A stretch of DNA of 64,000 bases from Nibricoccus sp. (GTDB lineage: Bacteria > Verrucomicrobiota > Verrucomicrobiia > Opitutales > Opitutaceae): positions 2,528,001 through 2,592,000 of the forward strand of contig JASGHG010000001.1 in assembly GCA_047602425.1 (NCBI GenBank), in the 5' to 3' direction. The position numbers and the translations under genes were made by a program. Positions 46,878 to 57,308 of this stretch are shown here, piece after piece; within the stretch, counting starts at the first letter, position 1; every line of letters starts with the position of its first letter. The notes under the pieces were generated by a model. The model ran no database searches and had not been told where the DNA came from. It saw only the letters and a program-made list of their open reading frames with translations.

Positions 46878-47609
46878 TCATTTCCTCGCTTCATACCACT
46901 TTGCCGCAAAGGTTTTGTCCCCGATCAATTTCCTTGGGGAGAGCCAGAATCTGACCGCTGTTTTGGCCCACGACCAAAATCCATGTTCGGCGCCTTTCCG
47001 GCCTGAGGCGTTGAAGGGATGCCGATGTAGTATGAGAAATCTCTGGCCGCGGTTCGCGCCCAGTTTCTTCAAGCGTTTCACGAAGTCCGCCTCTTCGAAA
47101 ATATAGTGATCTCGTGGGAATCCTCCGAGCTCCCTGAAGGTATCACGCCGGCAAAGAATAAAACCGCCCGGACACCATTTCAGCAATCGCATGCTGAGAT
47201 TTTTGCTCTCCCAGGCTTTCTTGAACCACCAAGGACCGTCAAAGATCCGAATCGTGCTGCCGCAACCGATCGCTTTGGGATTGTTCATCACCCGTACGGT
47301 GTCCTCCATCAGCTCGGGCGATGGCCACGAATCGGCGTCGATGAACAACAACCAATCGCCTGACGCAACGGCCGCCCCGGTGTTTCTGGCCAGCGATATT
47401 TGATTGATCGGCTCGAATACGACCTTACAGCCCAACTCTGCTGCAATGGCTGCAGTAGCATCCGTGGAGTTGTTGTTGCACACAATGATCTCGGCGCTCG
47501 TCAGAGACGGCCGGACGCGGGCGAGGGCGGCCTGCACACGGCTGATGCACGCACGTATCCCAGCAGCCTCATTGTAGGCTGGAATAACGATTGAAAGCGT
47601 CGGCGCCAT
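46878..47609 (-). CDS. Glycosyltransferase family 2
   Basis: IVIPAYNE, NNSTD, ARNTG, FIDAD. Confidence 0.88.
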   Translation of the reverse strand: MAPTLSIVIPAYNEAAGIRACISRVQAALARVRPSLTSAEIIVCNNNSTDATAAIAAELGCKVVFEPINQISLARNTGAAVASGDWLLFIDADSWPSPELMEDTVRVMNNPKAIGCGSTIRIFDGPWWFKKAWESKNLSMRLLKWCPGGFILCRRDTFRELGGFPRDHYIFEEADFVKRLKKLGANRGQRFLILHRHPFNASGRKGAEHGFWSWAKTAVRFWLSPRKLIGDKTFAAKWYEARK

Positions 47610-47647
47610 TGTCGGTTTTCTGAGGTTATTAGATACGCCGTGAACGT

Positions 47648-48010
47648 TTATTTCTGCGGCCGGGAAATGAGCAGCAGTTCCACGCGTTTCACCTCACGCA
47701 GAATGCGGTTCTTATGCATCTCGAGCCAGAACCAAAGTTTCATCAGCGTCACCATCACCAAAAACACCACGGCTGCTCCGCCCCAGCGCAACTGCGTAGT
47801 CACGTCGGGCGCTTGATAAAACCGAATCGCGGTGAAGACGAGGCCGATGAAAGCCGCGAGATTCAAGGCGATCAGGGCCGAAGTGAGCCAGCGTTGACGG
47901 CTGCGGAAGGTGAGGAGCACTTCCTCGGCGATGTTGGGCTCGCCCGGAGACAAAGCGTCGGCGGGGTCGCTCCGAAGCGCGGCTTGAATTTTTTTGTCGA
48001 TGTCGTTCAT
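47648..48010 (-). CDS. Small 2-TM protein, putative anti-sigma partner (DUF6768-like)
   Basis: KLWFWLEM...REVKRVEL; overlaps the end of the ECF sigma gene. Confidence 0.7.
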   Translation of the reverse strand: MNDIDKKIQAALRSDPADALSPGEPNIAEEVLLTFRSRQRWLTSALIALNLAAFIGLVFTAIRFYQAPDVTTQLRWGGAAVVFLVMVTLMKLWFWLEMHKNRILREVKRVELLLISRPQK

Positions 48011-48567
48011 GTTCGTTTCCTTTCGAGTATTCTTTTGAGACTTTCGCGGACGGAAAAAAGGCGCGATTTGACGGTGCCCGCCGGGATGCCGAAGGCCTCC
48101 GCAACCTCCGAAACGGTTCGGCCGAGGTCGTAAAACAGATGGAGCAGTTTCCGATCGTCCGCGGGCAGCGCGGCCACCGCGAGACGCAGCCGGAAAACGT
48201 CGTCGGCTTCCTCGGGCGGTTGCGTGGGCGGCGGGGCCAGGTTTTCAGCTTCGGCCGAGGCGGCTTTTTCGCGTCGCCGGGCCAGGTCGCGTTGGCGTAT
48301 CCAGTCGTTGCAGCGGCGTTCCACGATGCGAAAGGCCCAGCGCGGAAAACACGCCGGGTCATCGAGCCGGGACAGGCCGCGGGCGATGGCGAGCCAGATG
48401 TCGGTTGAAACTTCGTCAGCGCCCTCCGCCCGCTCAACGCGAGTCAATGCGAGCCGGCGAAGGTCGGCTTGCCAGAGATCGTACAAGTCCTTGAACGCCG
48501 CCTCGCTGCCGCCTTGGGCGGACAGCACGAGCCACTCAGTCAGGACTTGGCGGGAATCTCGGTTCAT
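48007..48567 (-). CDS. ECF sigma-70 factor
   Basis: Region 2 FPRWAFRI; region 4 EVAEAFGIPAGTVKSRL. Confidence 0.9.
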   Translation of the reverse strand: MNRDSRQVLTEWLVLSAQGGSEAAFKDLYDLWQADLRRLALTRVERAEGADEVSTDIWLAIARGLSRLDDPACFPRWAFRIVERRCNDWIRQRDLARRREKAASAEAENLAPPPTQPPEEADDVFRLRLAVAALPADDRKLLHLFYDLGRTVSEVAEAFGIPAGTVKSRLFSVRESLKRILERKRT

Positions 48568-48805
48568 CGGTTTCGTACAAAGGTCGCGACTTAGCCGGCA
48601 ACGGTTCAAAAAATCGTTGGGGAGGTTTGGAAATAATATCAGCCGAGGGCCTTGTGGCAACCGGAGGATGTTTCGACGCTTCCGAAGAGCGGCAGACGCA
48701 GCGCATAACGGTGGGCTACGTGCATGGCGCGCCGGCCTTCACCATGCCGTTGGTGGCCGGTGAGTTCACTGCGGACTCTGGAGCCTCAGCTCGCGCACGT
48801 TGCCA

Positions 48806-49172
48806 TCACTCCGCCCGCAACGCCTCTGCCGGGTTCACCCGCAACGCTTGCAACACAGGTACCAGCGTCGCCGCGAGCACGCCGATCGTGAGCAAGGCCA
48901 CCGCGCTCAACAGCACCACCGGGTCCACTCCGTCCACGCCGTACAACTGGCTTCGCATAAGCCCCGCTAGCTCCCACGCCGCCCACCCACCGAGCGCCGC
49001 GCCGATCAACGCCAGCACGCCGACTCGACCGAGGACGAGGCGGACCACGTGTGCTCTTGACGCACCGATCGCGAAACGAATGCCAAACTCCCGCGTGCGT
49101 TGCGCCGTCGCATAACCCGTCACGCCAAAGACGCCCACCGCCGCGAGAATCACCGCCAGCACTGAAAACGCG
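48806..49172 (-). pseudogene. Orphan duplicate of the 3' end of the ABC permease gene
   Basis: About 20 substitutions in 367 nt versus 50245-50611; no 5' part. Confidence 0.85.
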
Positions 49173-49536
49173 GGCATGTCTCCGCGAAAGATCGCCCGCT
49201 GCTCTGGCTATTAATCGTGAATACCTGGGTCATCGGACTGTGGGGCTGGCGCGTCCTCGTCCGGCGAAAGGTGCGAATCGTGCCTATATGGTTTTGAAAG
49301 CGGAACAGTAGGGTCGGATCTGCGGGGCGGACTGCGCTCACCTCCGCTGTGCTCTATGCGGTTTACCGCGCCCAAGCTTCCGGTGGACCGGCGAAATCTG
49401 GCACCCCAATTATCTCCACGCCATCGCGGCCGCCCCCGACAGCCTCAAAGCCCTACCGGCGAAACCAGCGCCTAGAGACAGCGGTCCGAAAATGGGAATA
49501 CCGTGTCGGCGAACCCCTCCGCACCAGATTCACGCG

Positions 49537-49935
49537 TCACGGTGATTTTTCGTCCGGAAGCTTTCGCAGGAAAATACGCGGGAAGAGAAAATGTCTCACG
49601 AAGACATAAAGCGCCAAAGCCAGTAATCCCATGCCGAAACATCGCCAGCCGAAGGATTTCGCCGCGTGGTCATGCCGCATGACGCCGCCGAGCCACGTCA
49701 GACCTCCAGCGCCCCAGTTAACGGCAAGGAAGAACAACAGGGGCGCCGTCACGTAAGTAACACTGAACATATACCAGAACCCCCCTTTCTTCTCACGCTC
49801 GGAAAACATACGGTAGTACCCCCACCCCCTGGCACGGATGCCGGTCCATACCATGATAAGCGATATGACAGAGTTCCAGATGAGAGCGACGACGAAAAAT
49901 TCCAGCGGTGGCTTTGCCGGATAAAGGGAGAACAT
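49537..49935 (-). CDS. Hypothetical membrane protein
   Basis: Three hydrophobic segments; lies between the two permease 3' copies. Confidence 0.55.
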   Translation of the reverse strand: MFSLYPAKPPLEFFVVALIWNSVISLIMVWTGIRARGWGYYRMFSEREKKGGFWYMFSVTYVTAPLLFFLAVNWGAGGLTWLGGVMRHDHAAKSFGWRCFGMGLLALALYVFVRHFLFPRIFLRKLPDEKSP

Positions 49936-50244
49936 ATTACTAGAGGTAACTGAGTAGGAGTCCGTGGCGATGGGAAACAGACTGCAATGGGTATCGTTGA
50001 ATGTCTGCGGGCGCGTCAGCCAGCATTTTGTTTGCGCATGAACGGCTTCCGCCCTCAAGAGCAAGAGTTAGGGTCGGTGCGAAGAGCCGACCGTTTTGTC
50101 TGCCCGCGTCGGATCAAATTTCGGCTCCTGTGCATCCATTGGGAAAAGTCTGCGGGCTTGTTCCCAGAAATTCTTAGTCTCAGCCGCCCGGTTGTGCTCA
50201 GGAAACGGCGGTCGGATATCGAACTCTCAGCTCGCGGCGCGCCG

Positions 50245-52665
50245 TCACTCCGCCCGTAACGCCTCTGCCGGGTTCACCCGCAACGCTTGCAACACCGGCA
50301 CCAGCGTCGCTGCGAGCACGCCGACCGTGAGCAAAGCCACCGCGCTCAACAGCGCCACCGGGTCCACTCCGTCCACGCCGTACAACTGGCTTCGCATCAG
50401 CCCCGCTAACTCCCACGCCGCCCACCCACCGAGCGCCGCGCCAATCACCGCCAGAACGCCGACTCGACCGAGGACGAGGCGGACTACGTGCGCCCTTGAC
50501 GCACCGATCGCGAAACGAATGCCAAATTCCCGCGTGCGTTGCGCGGTTGCGTAACCCGTCACGCCAAAGACGCCCACCGCGGCGAGAATCACCGCCAGCA
50601 CTGAAAACGCGCTGACCAGGCTCGCGAGGAATCGCGGCAATGCGAGCGCCGAGCCCACGCGGTGTTCCATCGTATCCACGAAGTACATCGGCACCGTCGC
50701 GTCGACCGCTGCCAGCTGTGCGCGCACCGCCCGGGTGAGCGACGCTGCCGGCAGCGTCGTCTTCACGACCGTGTACATGCCGCGTTGGTAGTACTGCGCA
50801 TGCGGCACGTAAGCCTCTCCCTGCGGCGGGCGGCCCGGGCCCCAGTGCTTCATCCGGTGAATCACTCCCACGATCGTGCGCACGTGCGCATCGTTTCCGT
50901 TGCTAAACTTCACGGCCTGCCCAACCGCGTTCGCGGAGCTGCCCCAGTAGCGCTCGGCAAACAGATCGTCGACGATCGCGACCGGCTGCGACTTGGCCGT
51001 GTCTTCCGACCCGAAATCCCGGCCGTGCAGCAGCCGTGCCCCGATGGTCGCGAAATACGGCCCCCGAACCACGCGCCAGGGGGACGACGCCGGTGCATTT
51101 GCCGCGATGGGAACGGTCGGTGTGAGCGGCGCCACCGCGCGGTATTGTGACTCCCCGCTCAAGGGCAGGTACGACACCGCCGCGACGGCCGTCACGCCGG
51201 GCAACGCTGTGAGCCTAGATCCGAGTTGCTCATAAAACGCATTCGCGCGGGCCATGTTCGGGTACGCGTCGTTCGTGAGGTTGGTCTTGAACGTGAAAAG
51301 TTGCGGCGCGCGAAAACCGACATCGTCGCGCAACAGATTCTGCAGGCTGCGCAAGGCGAGTCCGCCCCCGATCAGCAGAAGGACCGCAAGCGCGATTTCC
51401 ACCACGAGCAAGGCTTCACGCGCCCGCGTCGCCGCGCGCCCCTCGGTCACGCGCGCCGTGGCATGCAAGCCGCCCATCGCCTTGGCCGACAACAACGGCA
51501 ACGCCGGCGCGAGTCCCACCACAACCGTCACGAGGCCAAGGACGCCCATCATGAACACGGCCGTCGGCACGTTCAGCGTCACCTCGGCCAGCCGCGGAAT
51601 TTCCGCGGGCGGAAACGCCTTCAGCAGATGGATCGCCCCCACCGCGAGCGCCAATCCGCCGACCCCGCCCGCAATGCAGAGCAGCAGGCTCTCGGCGAGC
51701 AGCTGACGCACGATGTGCCAGCGTCCCGCGCCCAGTGACAACCGGATTGCCATCTCGCGCCGTCGCACCGCCGCGCGGAGCAGACTCATGATGGCGACGT
51801 TGACCGTCCCGATCAGCAGCACCGCGCTCGCGGCCGCGAGCAACGCGCCGAGCGGAGCCCGAAATTTTCCGAACTGCGTTTCCTTGACCGGCAAGACGCG
51901 CAGCGACCAATCGGGCGCCGCGGGGAAAACGTCGGGCGAAGCCGCCCGCAACTCGCGCGCAATCCGGTCCATGTCCGCCTGCGCCTGCGCGAGCGTCACA
52001 CCTGCTTTGAGCCGCGCCGTCGTCGGCAGATAATGTTCCAGCCGATCCGACGCGCCCTTGCTCGACAGATCCACCGGCTGCCAGAAAGCGATCGCCGGAT
52101 CCTCGAACACGAACCCCGCCGGCATCACGCCAACAACCGTGTGTGGCTTCCCGTCGATCCGCAGCGTGCGACCCAGCACGTCGGCCGCGCCGCCGAACTG
52201 CGCCTGCCAAAACGCATGACTGATCACCAGCACGCGGTCACGCCCGGCGGTCTCTTCGGTTTCCTCGAAGCCGCGGCCCAGCGTCGGCTGCACGCCGAGC
52301 AGTGGGAAAAGATTCGCCGTCACCACCGCGCAGAGCACGCGCTCCGCGCCATCGTCGCTGCCCAAGGTGACGCGTCCGATCGCATGCGAGCCGATCCCAT
52401 CGAAACTGTGTTGACGTGCCCGGTACTCGGCCAACTCGTAGCGCGACACCCGGCCGAGGTTCCCGCCGAGTCGTTCGCCGACGTTCTGGATTTCGACGAG
52501 CTGGTGCGATTGCGGAAACGGGAGCGGCTTCAGCGCGACCCCGTAGAGCGCGCTGAAAAACGTGGTATTCGCTCCGATGCCCAGCGCCAGCGTGAGGATG
52601 GCGACCGCCGCGAAGCGGGGCGATTTTCGAAACGACCGAAAGGCGAGACAGAGATCGGAGAACAT
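50245..52665 (-). CDS. ABC transporter permease (ADOP/MacB-FtsX duplicated type)
   Basis: ILTLALGIGANT, RRREMAIRLSLGA, QRTREFGIRFAIGA, ALRAE end; start MFSDL. Confidence 0.92.
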   Translation of the reverse strand: MFSDLCLAFRSFRKSPRFAAVAILTLALGIGANTTFFSALYGVALKPLPFPQSHQLVEIQNVGERLGGNLGRVSRYELAEYRARQHSFDGIGSHAIGRVTLGSDDGAERVLCAVVTANLFPLLGVQPTLGRGFEETEETAGRDRVLVISHAFWQAQFGGAADVLGRTLRIDGKPHTVVGVMPAGFVFEDPAIAFWQPVDLSSKGASDRLEHYLPTTARLKAGVTLAQAQADMDRIARELRAASPDVFPAAPDWSLRVLPVKETQFGKFRAPLGALLAAASAVLLIGTVNVAIMSLLRAAVRRREMAIRLSLGAGRWHIVRQLLAESLLLCIAGGVGGLALAVGAIHLLKAFPPAEIPRLAEVTLNVPTAVFMMGVLGLVTVVVGLAPALPLLSAKAMGGLHATARVTEGRAATRAREALLVVEIALAVLLLIGGGLALRSLQNLLRDDVGFRAPQLFTFKTNLTNDAYPNMARANAFYEQLGSRLTALPGVTAVAAVSYLPLSGESQYRAVAPLTPTVPIAANAPASSPWRVVRGPYFATIGARLLHGRDFGSEDTAKSQPVAIVDDLFAERYWGSSANAVGQAVKFSNGNDAHVRTIVGVIHRMKHWGPGRPPQGEAYVPHAQYYQRGMYTVVKTTLPAASLTRAVRAQLAAVDATVPMYFVDTMEHRVGSALALPRFLASLVSAFSVLAVILAAVGVFGVTGYATAQRTREFGIRFAIGASRAHVVRLVLGRVGVLAVIGAALGGWAAWELAGLMRSQLYGVDGVDPVALLSAVALLTVGVLAATLVPVLQALRVNPAEALRAE

Positions 52666-52982
52666 GTGGGAGTGGCAATGTGGGCGGATGGGGAGCCGAA
52701 ATGAGCGAAGGATTCGCCCCCTCGGCAAGTGGGAGCGCCCCTTTGCAGCTTTGATGCCACCGACCGCTGCCGTGCACCCGCCCCAGTGAGGAAATCTTTC
52801 GCCTACCCTGCCGCGCTCCAATCGCGTCCCGCTCCCGGAACCCCGAAGTCCCAAGATCGAGACGGGAGGGTCTAGGATCGGGGGATACGGGGTCTGGAAG
52901 CCTTTGAGCTGCGACGTCCCCGTCACGTCCTGTTAGGTGAGTCTCCATCGAGCTTCGAACTGCTGTGCAGCGCCAGAAATGC

Positions 52983-53008
52983 AAAAAGCCCGCTTAATGC
53001 GGGCTTTA
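52983..53008 (-). terminator. Rho-independent terminator after tRNA-Glu
   Basis: AAAGCCCGC-N5-GCGGGCTTTTT. Confidence 0.8.
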
Positions 53009-53012
53009 TCGC

Positions 53013-53089
53013 TGGCGTCCCCACGGGGATTCGAACCCCGGTTCTCACCGTGAAAGGGTGGTGTCCTAACCGGGCTAGACGATGGGGAC
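53013..53089 (-). tRNA. tRNA-Glu(TTC)
   Basis: GTCCCCATCGTCTAG...CTTTCAC...GGTTCGAATCCCCGTGGGGACGCCA; encoded CCA end. Confidence 0.95.
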
Positions 53090-53221
53090 TAACCGCGGAA
53101 GGGGGTGGACGCTAGGTTTCCATTCCTTTCACGCAAGGATTATTTTCAGGTGTTTTTCGGCCCCGACATTTGAAAAAATGCCTCGCTCCTCCATCGCTTT
53201 GCGGAGAAAGAAATTACTTCC

Positions 53222-54133
53222 ATGACCTACGCCGACATCGCCGCCGAAATTCCCACCCAAGCCATCACTGCCGTCGATAACCTGCCTTTCCCAAAAATCG
53301 CGTCCGGTAAGGTGCGCGAAATCTTCGATCTCGGCGATGCGTTGCTCATTGTCGCGACGGACCGCCTTTCCGCTTTCGACGTCATTTTGCCCGACGGCAT
53401 CCCGGGCAAGGGCATCATCCTCACGCAGCTGAGCAACTGGTGGTTTTCCCAAACGACGAAGATCATCTCGAACCATTTGCTTCCCGACCAGGCGAGTCTC
53501 ATGTCGCGCAAGTACAACCTGCCGCGCGAACTGCGGCTGCGCAGCATGATCGTGCGCAAACTAAAACCGCTTCCCATCGAATGCGTCGTGCGCGGTTACC
53601 TGGTGGGCAGTGGTTGGAGTTCCTACCAAAAAAACGGCACGGTCTGCGGCATCGAGCTGCCTCCGGGCATGCGCCAGGCCGAACGCATTGCCGAACCAAT
53701 CTTCACGCCCACGACCAAGGCCCCGAAGGGCCAGCATGACGAGCCGATCAACGATGCGCAGGGCGAAGCGCTGATCGGCGAGGAGATGTACCGCCATGTT
53801 CGCGCCGTCAGTCTGAGTCTTTATAAGCTGGGTCACGACCGCACGGCCAAGGCCGGGATGATTCTGGCCGACACGAAATTCGAATTCGGCACGGATGCGG
53901 ACGGCAAACTCGTGCTGATCGACGAAATTCTCACGCCCGATTCTTCGCGCTACTGGCCGAAGGACCGTTACGCGGTCGATCAATCGCCGCCAAGCTATGA
54001 CAAGCAGTACGTGCGTGACCATCTGGTTGGCATCAAGTGGGACCAGAAGCCGCCCGCGCCGAAATTGCCGGCCGAAGTGATCCGCGTGACGCAGGAGAAA
54101 TACCTCGCGGCGCTGCGCAACCTGCTCGGTTGA
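53222..54133 (+). CDS. purC: SAICAR synthase
   Basis: SGKVREIF, TDRLSAFDV, ECVVRGY, DTKFEFG, LTPDSSRYW, DKQYVRD. Confidence 0.97.
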   Translation: MTYADIAAEIPTQAITAVDNLPFPKIASGKVREIFDLGDALLIVATDRLSAFDVILPDGIPGKGIILTQLSNWWFSQTTKIISNHLLPDQASLMSRKYNLPRELRLRSMIVRKLKPLPIECVVRGYLVGSGWSSYQKNGTVCGIELPPGMRQAERIAEPIFTPTTKAPKGQHDEPINDAQGEALIGEEMYRHVRAVSLSLYKLGHDRTAKAGMILADTKFEFGTDADGKLVLIDEILTPDSSRYWPKDRYAVDQSPPSYDKQYVRDHLVGIKWDQKPPAPKLPAEVIRVTQEKYLAALRNLLG

Positions 54134-54327
54134 GTCAGGTTGGCCGCAATTTAACTGAAGACGCCCGACGGAACGGAGGACATTCGTTTCCGTCGGCGAT
54201 GGCTTGGTCTCTTCTGCAAACCGGTTTGAAAAAACTCTGTGTCGACATGGGCTGGTTGTTGTCCCATGGTTCGGGGCCAGCTTTTACCCTTTTGGAGGGA
54301 CAACCTTAACCAGCTCCATCGTTTCCC

Positions 54328-55251
54328 ATGAAAATTGTTCAGCTTGCCACCCTTGTTTTAGGTTTGGTTTTTGCCAATCAGGCTCTGCGCGCGGCGGATA
54401 ATCCGCCCGCTTCGATAGCGGCGCCCGCCGCGCCGGAGCAGGCTCAGCAGCCCAAAAAGCGCGAAATCCCGGGCGTCAATCTCACGCACGGTCCCGCGGT
54501 GGTAAAATTGGGCAAGGTGGCCGAACTCACCCTGCCGGAAGGTTATTCCTTTGTCGGGCCGGACTCGTTGGACAAATTTTATGCGCTGACGCAAAACACG
54601 CGCAGCGGCAATGAAGTAGGTGTTGTTCTTTCTCCTGCGCATTGGTTGTTGTTTTTCGATTACGACGACATCGGCTACGTGAAGGACGACGAAAAAAAGG
54701 ACCTCGATGCGGCCAAGCTCTACCAGACGATCGAAGAAGGCCAAATCGCCGCGAACGAAAGCCGCAAGAAGAAGGGCTGGGACGAATTGAAGCTGCGCGG
54801 CTGGGCCACGGAGCCGCACTACGACGAGAAAACGCACAATTTGAAATGGGCTTTCAAACTTTCCTCCTCAAGCGACCAGCATCAATCGATCGGCATCAAC
54901 GAAAACATCAAGTTGCTCGGCCGCGGCGGCGTCATGAACGTGGTTCTGGTGGGCGATCTTGAAGCTTTCAAGGAGCAGGAGGCGCAGGCCGACCAATTGT
55001 TGACGGAGTTTCGTTACGTACCGGGTTCGAAGTACGCGGAATTTAGATCTGGCGACAAGATCGCCAAGATCGGTTTGACGGCGTTGGTTGTCGGCGGCGC
55101 GGGCGTCGCGGCGGCAAAGCTCGGCTTGCTGGGCAAATTGGGCGGACTGCTGGCGAAGCTGGGCAAGGGCATCGTCCTCATTGTCGCCGGCATCGGCGCA
55201 GCCATCGCGAAGCTCTGGAAGAAAATCGTCGGCCGCGACAAGGTCGAGTGA
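54328..55251 (+). CDS. DUF2167 membrane-anchored protein
   Basis: IGYVKDDE, GWATEPHYD, LGRGG, AAAKLGL. Confidence 0.85.
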   Translation: MKIVQLATLVLGLVFANQALRAADNPPASIAAPAAPEQAQQPKKREIPGVNLTHGPAVVKLGKVAELTLPEGYSFVGPDSLDKFYALTQNTRSGNEVGVVLSPAHWLLFFDYDDIGYVKDDEKKDLDAAKLYQTIEEGQIAANESRKKKGWDELKLRGWATEPHYDEKTHNLKWAFKLSSSSDQHQSIGINENIKLLGRGGVMNVVLVGDLEAFKEQEAQADQLLTEFRYVPGSKYAEFRSGDKIAKIGLTALVVGGAGVAAAKLGLLGKLGGLLAKLGKGIVLIVAGIGAAIAKLWKKIVGRDKVE

Positions 55252-55263
55252 ACCAGTTCCGCG

Positions 55264-56415
55264 ATGTCTCAATGGTGGCTGCTGATCGCCGCGTTTTGGT
55301 TCTGGTATCTAGTTGATTCCGTCAAGCCCGGGCGCCGTCTGCGCTTTGTGCTGACCCGCGCGCTCGGCCGGGGGCCCACGGCGGCGAGCCATGGGACAGT
55401 GGCGGTGACATCGGTGTCGCCCTTGGGCTGGCATGTGCGCACGGAGGATCCGCCGGTTGCGTTCTCGCCCGAGGGGTTGAGCAACGTGCCGGTGGGCTCG
55501 GCCGGCCGGCCGGCGCCGATGCCGGTCCATGCCAAAGCTTGGCGGTGGGAGGAAATTCGTCAGTTGTCCGCCAAGCGCGGCCGCATCTTCATCAACGGAG
55601 AGTATTTTTGCGCGGTCACGCCCTTTACGACGGCGAAAAGACTGCGGGACTTGATCGACGGCTGCAAGAATCGCGAACCAAAGGCACGGGCAGCTTGGCT
55701 TGAGGCGCGGATCGCGGAAGGATTCCGGGTTGCGCGGCTGAGACGGCAGCGGAACGTTCTACTGGGACGCACGGGCAGTCTGGCGATTTGGGCTGGTTTT
55801 GGCCTGGGACTGGCGCTGGTGGTTTCGGCGTACCTGCTGTTGGGCGGGGTGCTGCCCGTGAGTGAAATGCTGGCGGGAAAGATCGGGCGGGTGTTGCCCT
55901 TGCTTGGGTTGTACCTGGCGGGGCTGCACATGTGCCTTGTGATCGCCGGTTGGATTGCGCACCGGCGATTGCTGCCAAAGCACGGCGAGGCGCGCTTCAG
56001 TCTGCTTTTCAGTGCGTTATTGCTGCCCCCGCAGGCGTACCGGCTGCGTTCACGGATCGGCGCGGAGTATTTTCAGGCGGCGCACCCGCTGGCTTGGCTG
56101 GCAGCGGTGGGCAAGCAGGGGGATTTTATTTTGTACGCGCGGCAGGCACTGGCGGATCTGCGCTGGCAGCTGGCTCCGGCGCACTTGGAGACCGAGCGGC
56201 GGGAATTGTATCAAACAATCAGTTCGTGGATGCGGAAGCGAATGGAAAACGAGTTCGGCCGGCTTTTGCGGGAGCGGAAAGTGTCCGAAGGCGAACTATT
56301 GGCGCCGCCCAAGAAAGATTGTCCGGAGAGTTGCGCTTATTGTCCGCGTTGTGGAAGCCAGTTTACGGTGCCCGAGGGGCGGTGCCCGCATGGAATCGAG
56401 CTGGCCAAGTTTTAA
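55264..56415 (+). CDS. Hypothetical membrane protein with C-terminal Cys cluster
   Basis: Several TM segments; CAYCPRC...CPHG. Confidence 0.65.
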   Translation: MSQWWLLIAAFWFWYLVDSVKPGRRLRFVLTRALGRGPTAASHGTVAVTSVSPLGWHVRTEDPPVAFSPEGLSNVPVGSAGRPAPMPVHAKAWRWEEIRQLSAKRGRIFINGEYFCAVTPFTTAKRLRDLIDGCKNREPKARAAWLEARIAEGFRVARLRRQRNVLLGRTGSLAIWAGFGLGLALVVSAYLLLGGVLPVSEMLAGKIGRVLPLLGLYLAGLHMCLVIAGWIAHRRLLPKHGEARFSLLFSALLLPPQAYRLRSRIGAEYFQAAHPLAWLAAVGKQGDFILYARQALADLRWQLAPAHLETERRELYQTISSWMRKRMENEFGRLLRERKVSEGELLAPPKKDCPESCAYCPRCGSQFTVPEGRCPHGIELAKF

Positions 56416-56486
56416 GGCGGCAATCCGTCCGCGGTTTTCAGGGGCGGGAGGGAATCGAAGCCGAGCCGATTACCAGAACCAAGAGT

Positions 56487-57008
56487 TCAGCTGAGGGAGA
56501 AGTTCTCGATGCGATCGGGCATCTTCAACTGCACCTTGCCGGAGCCAATGTCGAGATGGACGGTGCGGTTGACGCTGCCGCCAAGGTCGCGTCCGATGAC
56601 GGCATAACCGTTGGAACGGAGAAAAGATTCCACCGCGGCGCTATTGCGTTCCCCGATTTTGAAAGGATCGGCGCCGTTGAGCACGCTGGCTCCGCCGGCG
56701 ATGAAAATTTTCAGGCGTGAACGCTCGGCGCGCACGCCGAGGAGGGCCTTGAAAAGCAAGGGCAAGCCGGTGTCGGCGAACATGGCGGGCTGCTTCACGG
56801 CTTTGTCGGGGGAAATGGTGGAGTCGGGAAGCATCAGGTGAAGGATGCCGCCGGCTTTGGAAGTGGGGTCGAACACGATGACGCCGACACAGGAACCGAG
56901 GGCGTAAGTGCTGAGCGTCACCATGCTGTTGTTGGAGACGGCCATGTCTCCCACGCCGATGACGACACGTTGGGCGAAGAGTGCTCCGATGGTGGGTGCT
57001 CCGGCCAT
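56487..57008 (-). CDS. cheD: Chemoreceptor glutamine deamidase
   Basis: LGSCVG, HLMLP, FADTG, IGERN, DLGG. Confidence 0.92.
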   Translation of the reverse strand: MAGAPTIGALFAQRVVIGVGDMAVSNNSMVTLSTYALGSCVGVIVFDPTSKAGGILHLMLPDSTISPDKAVKQPAMFADTGLPLLFKALLGVRAERSRLKIFIAGGASVLNGADPFKIGERNSAAVESFLRSNGYAVIGRDLGGSVNRTVHLDIGSGKVQLKMPDRIENFSLS

Positions 57009-57308
57009 GGGGTTAAAAGTGCTTTAAACCTCTGCAAATCATTGGGCAGAGTAAGATTGTTGGGAAAATTTGCATGGCCGGCAGGCGTGTGACGCGAGTC
57101 GTGAATCTATTTACGGCGCAAAGTGCCGCCAAACTTGAGGTAAGCGCGCTCAAAATCGTGCGATGGGGCAACTTGAAGCTGATTGGCGGTAAGTAGGATC
57201 TTTCGAACCACCAAAACGAGTGAGTACGGCACAACGCCTTCCAAGCGGCGGCCCGTCTATGGCCGAACTGGTTCGACCGATGCCTTAAAGAGGACGGCGG
57301 CTGCCGGC

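Noticed and set aside
48806..50611. Diversity-generating retroelement (TR/VR pair at a gene 3' end)
   Set aside because: The differences are mostly synonymous and involve all bases, not only adenines, and there is no reverse transcriptase in the window.
33000..53013. Intact integrative element or prophage at tRNA-Glu
   Set aside because: No integrase, transposase, phage or conjugation genes, and no att duplication seen.
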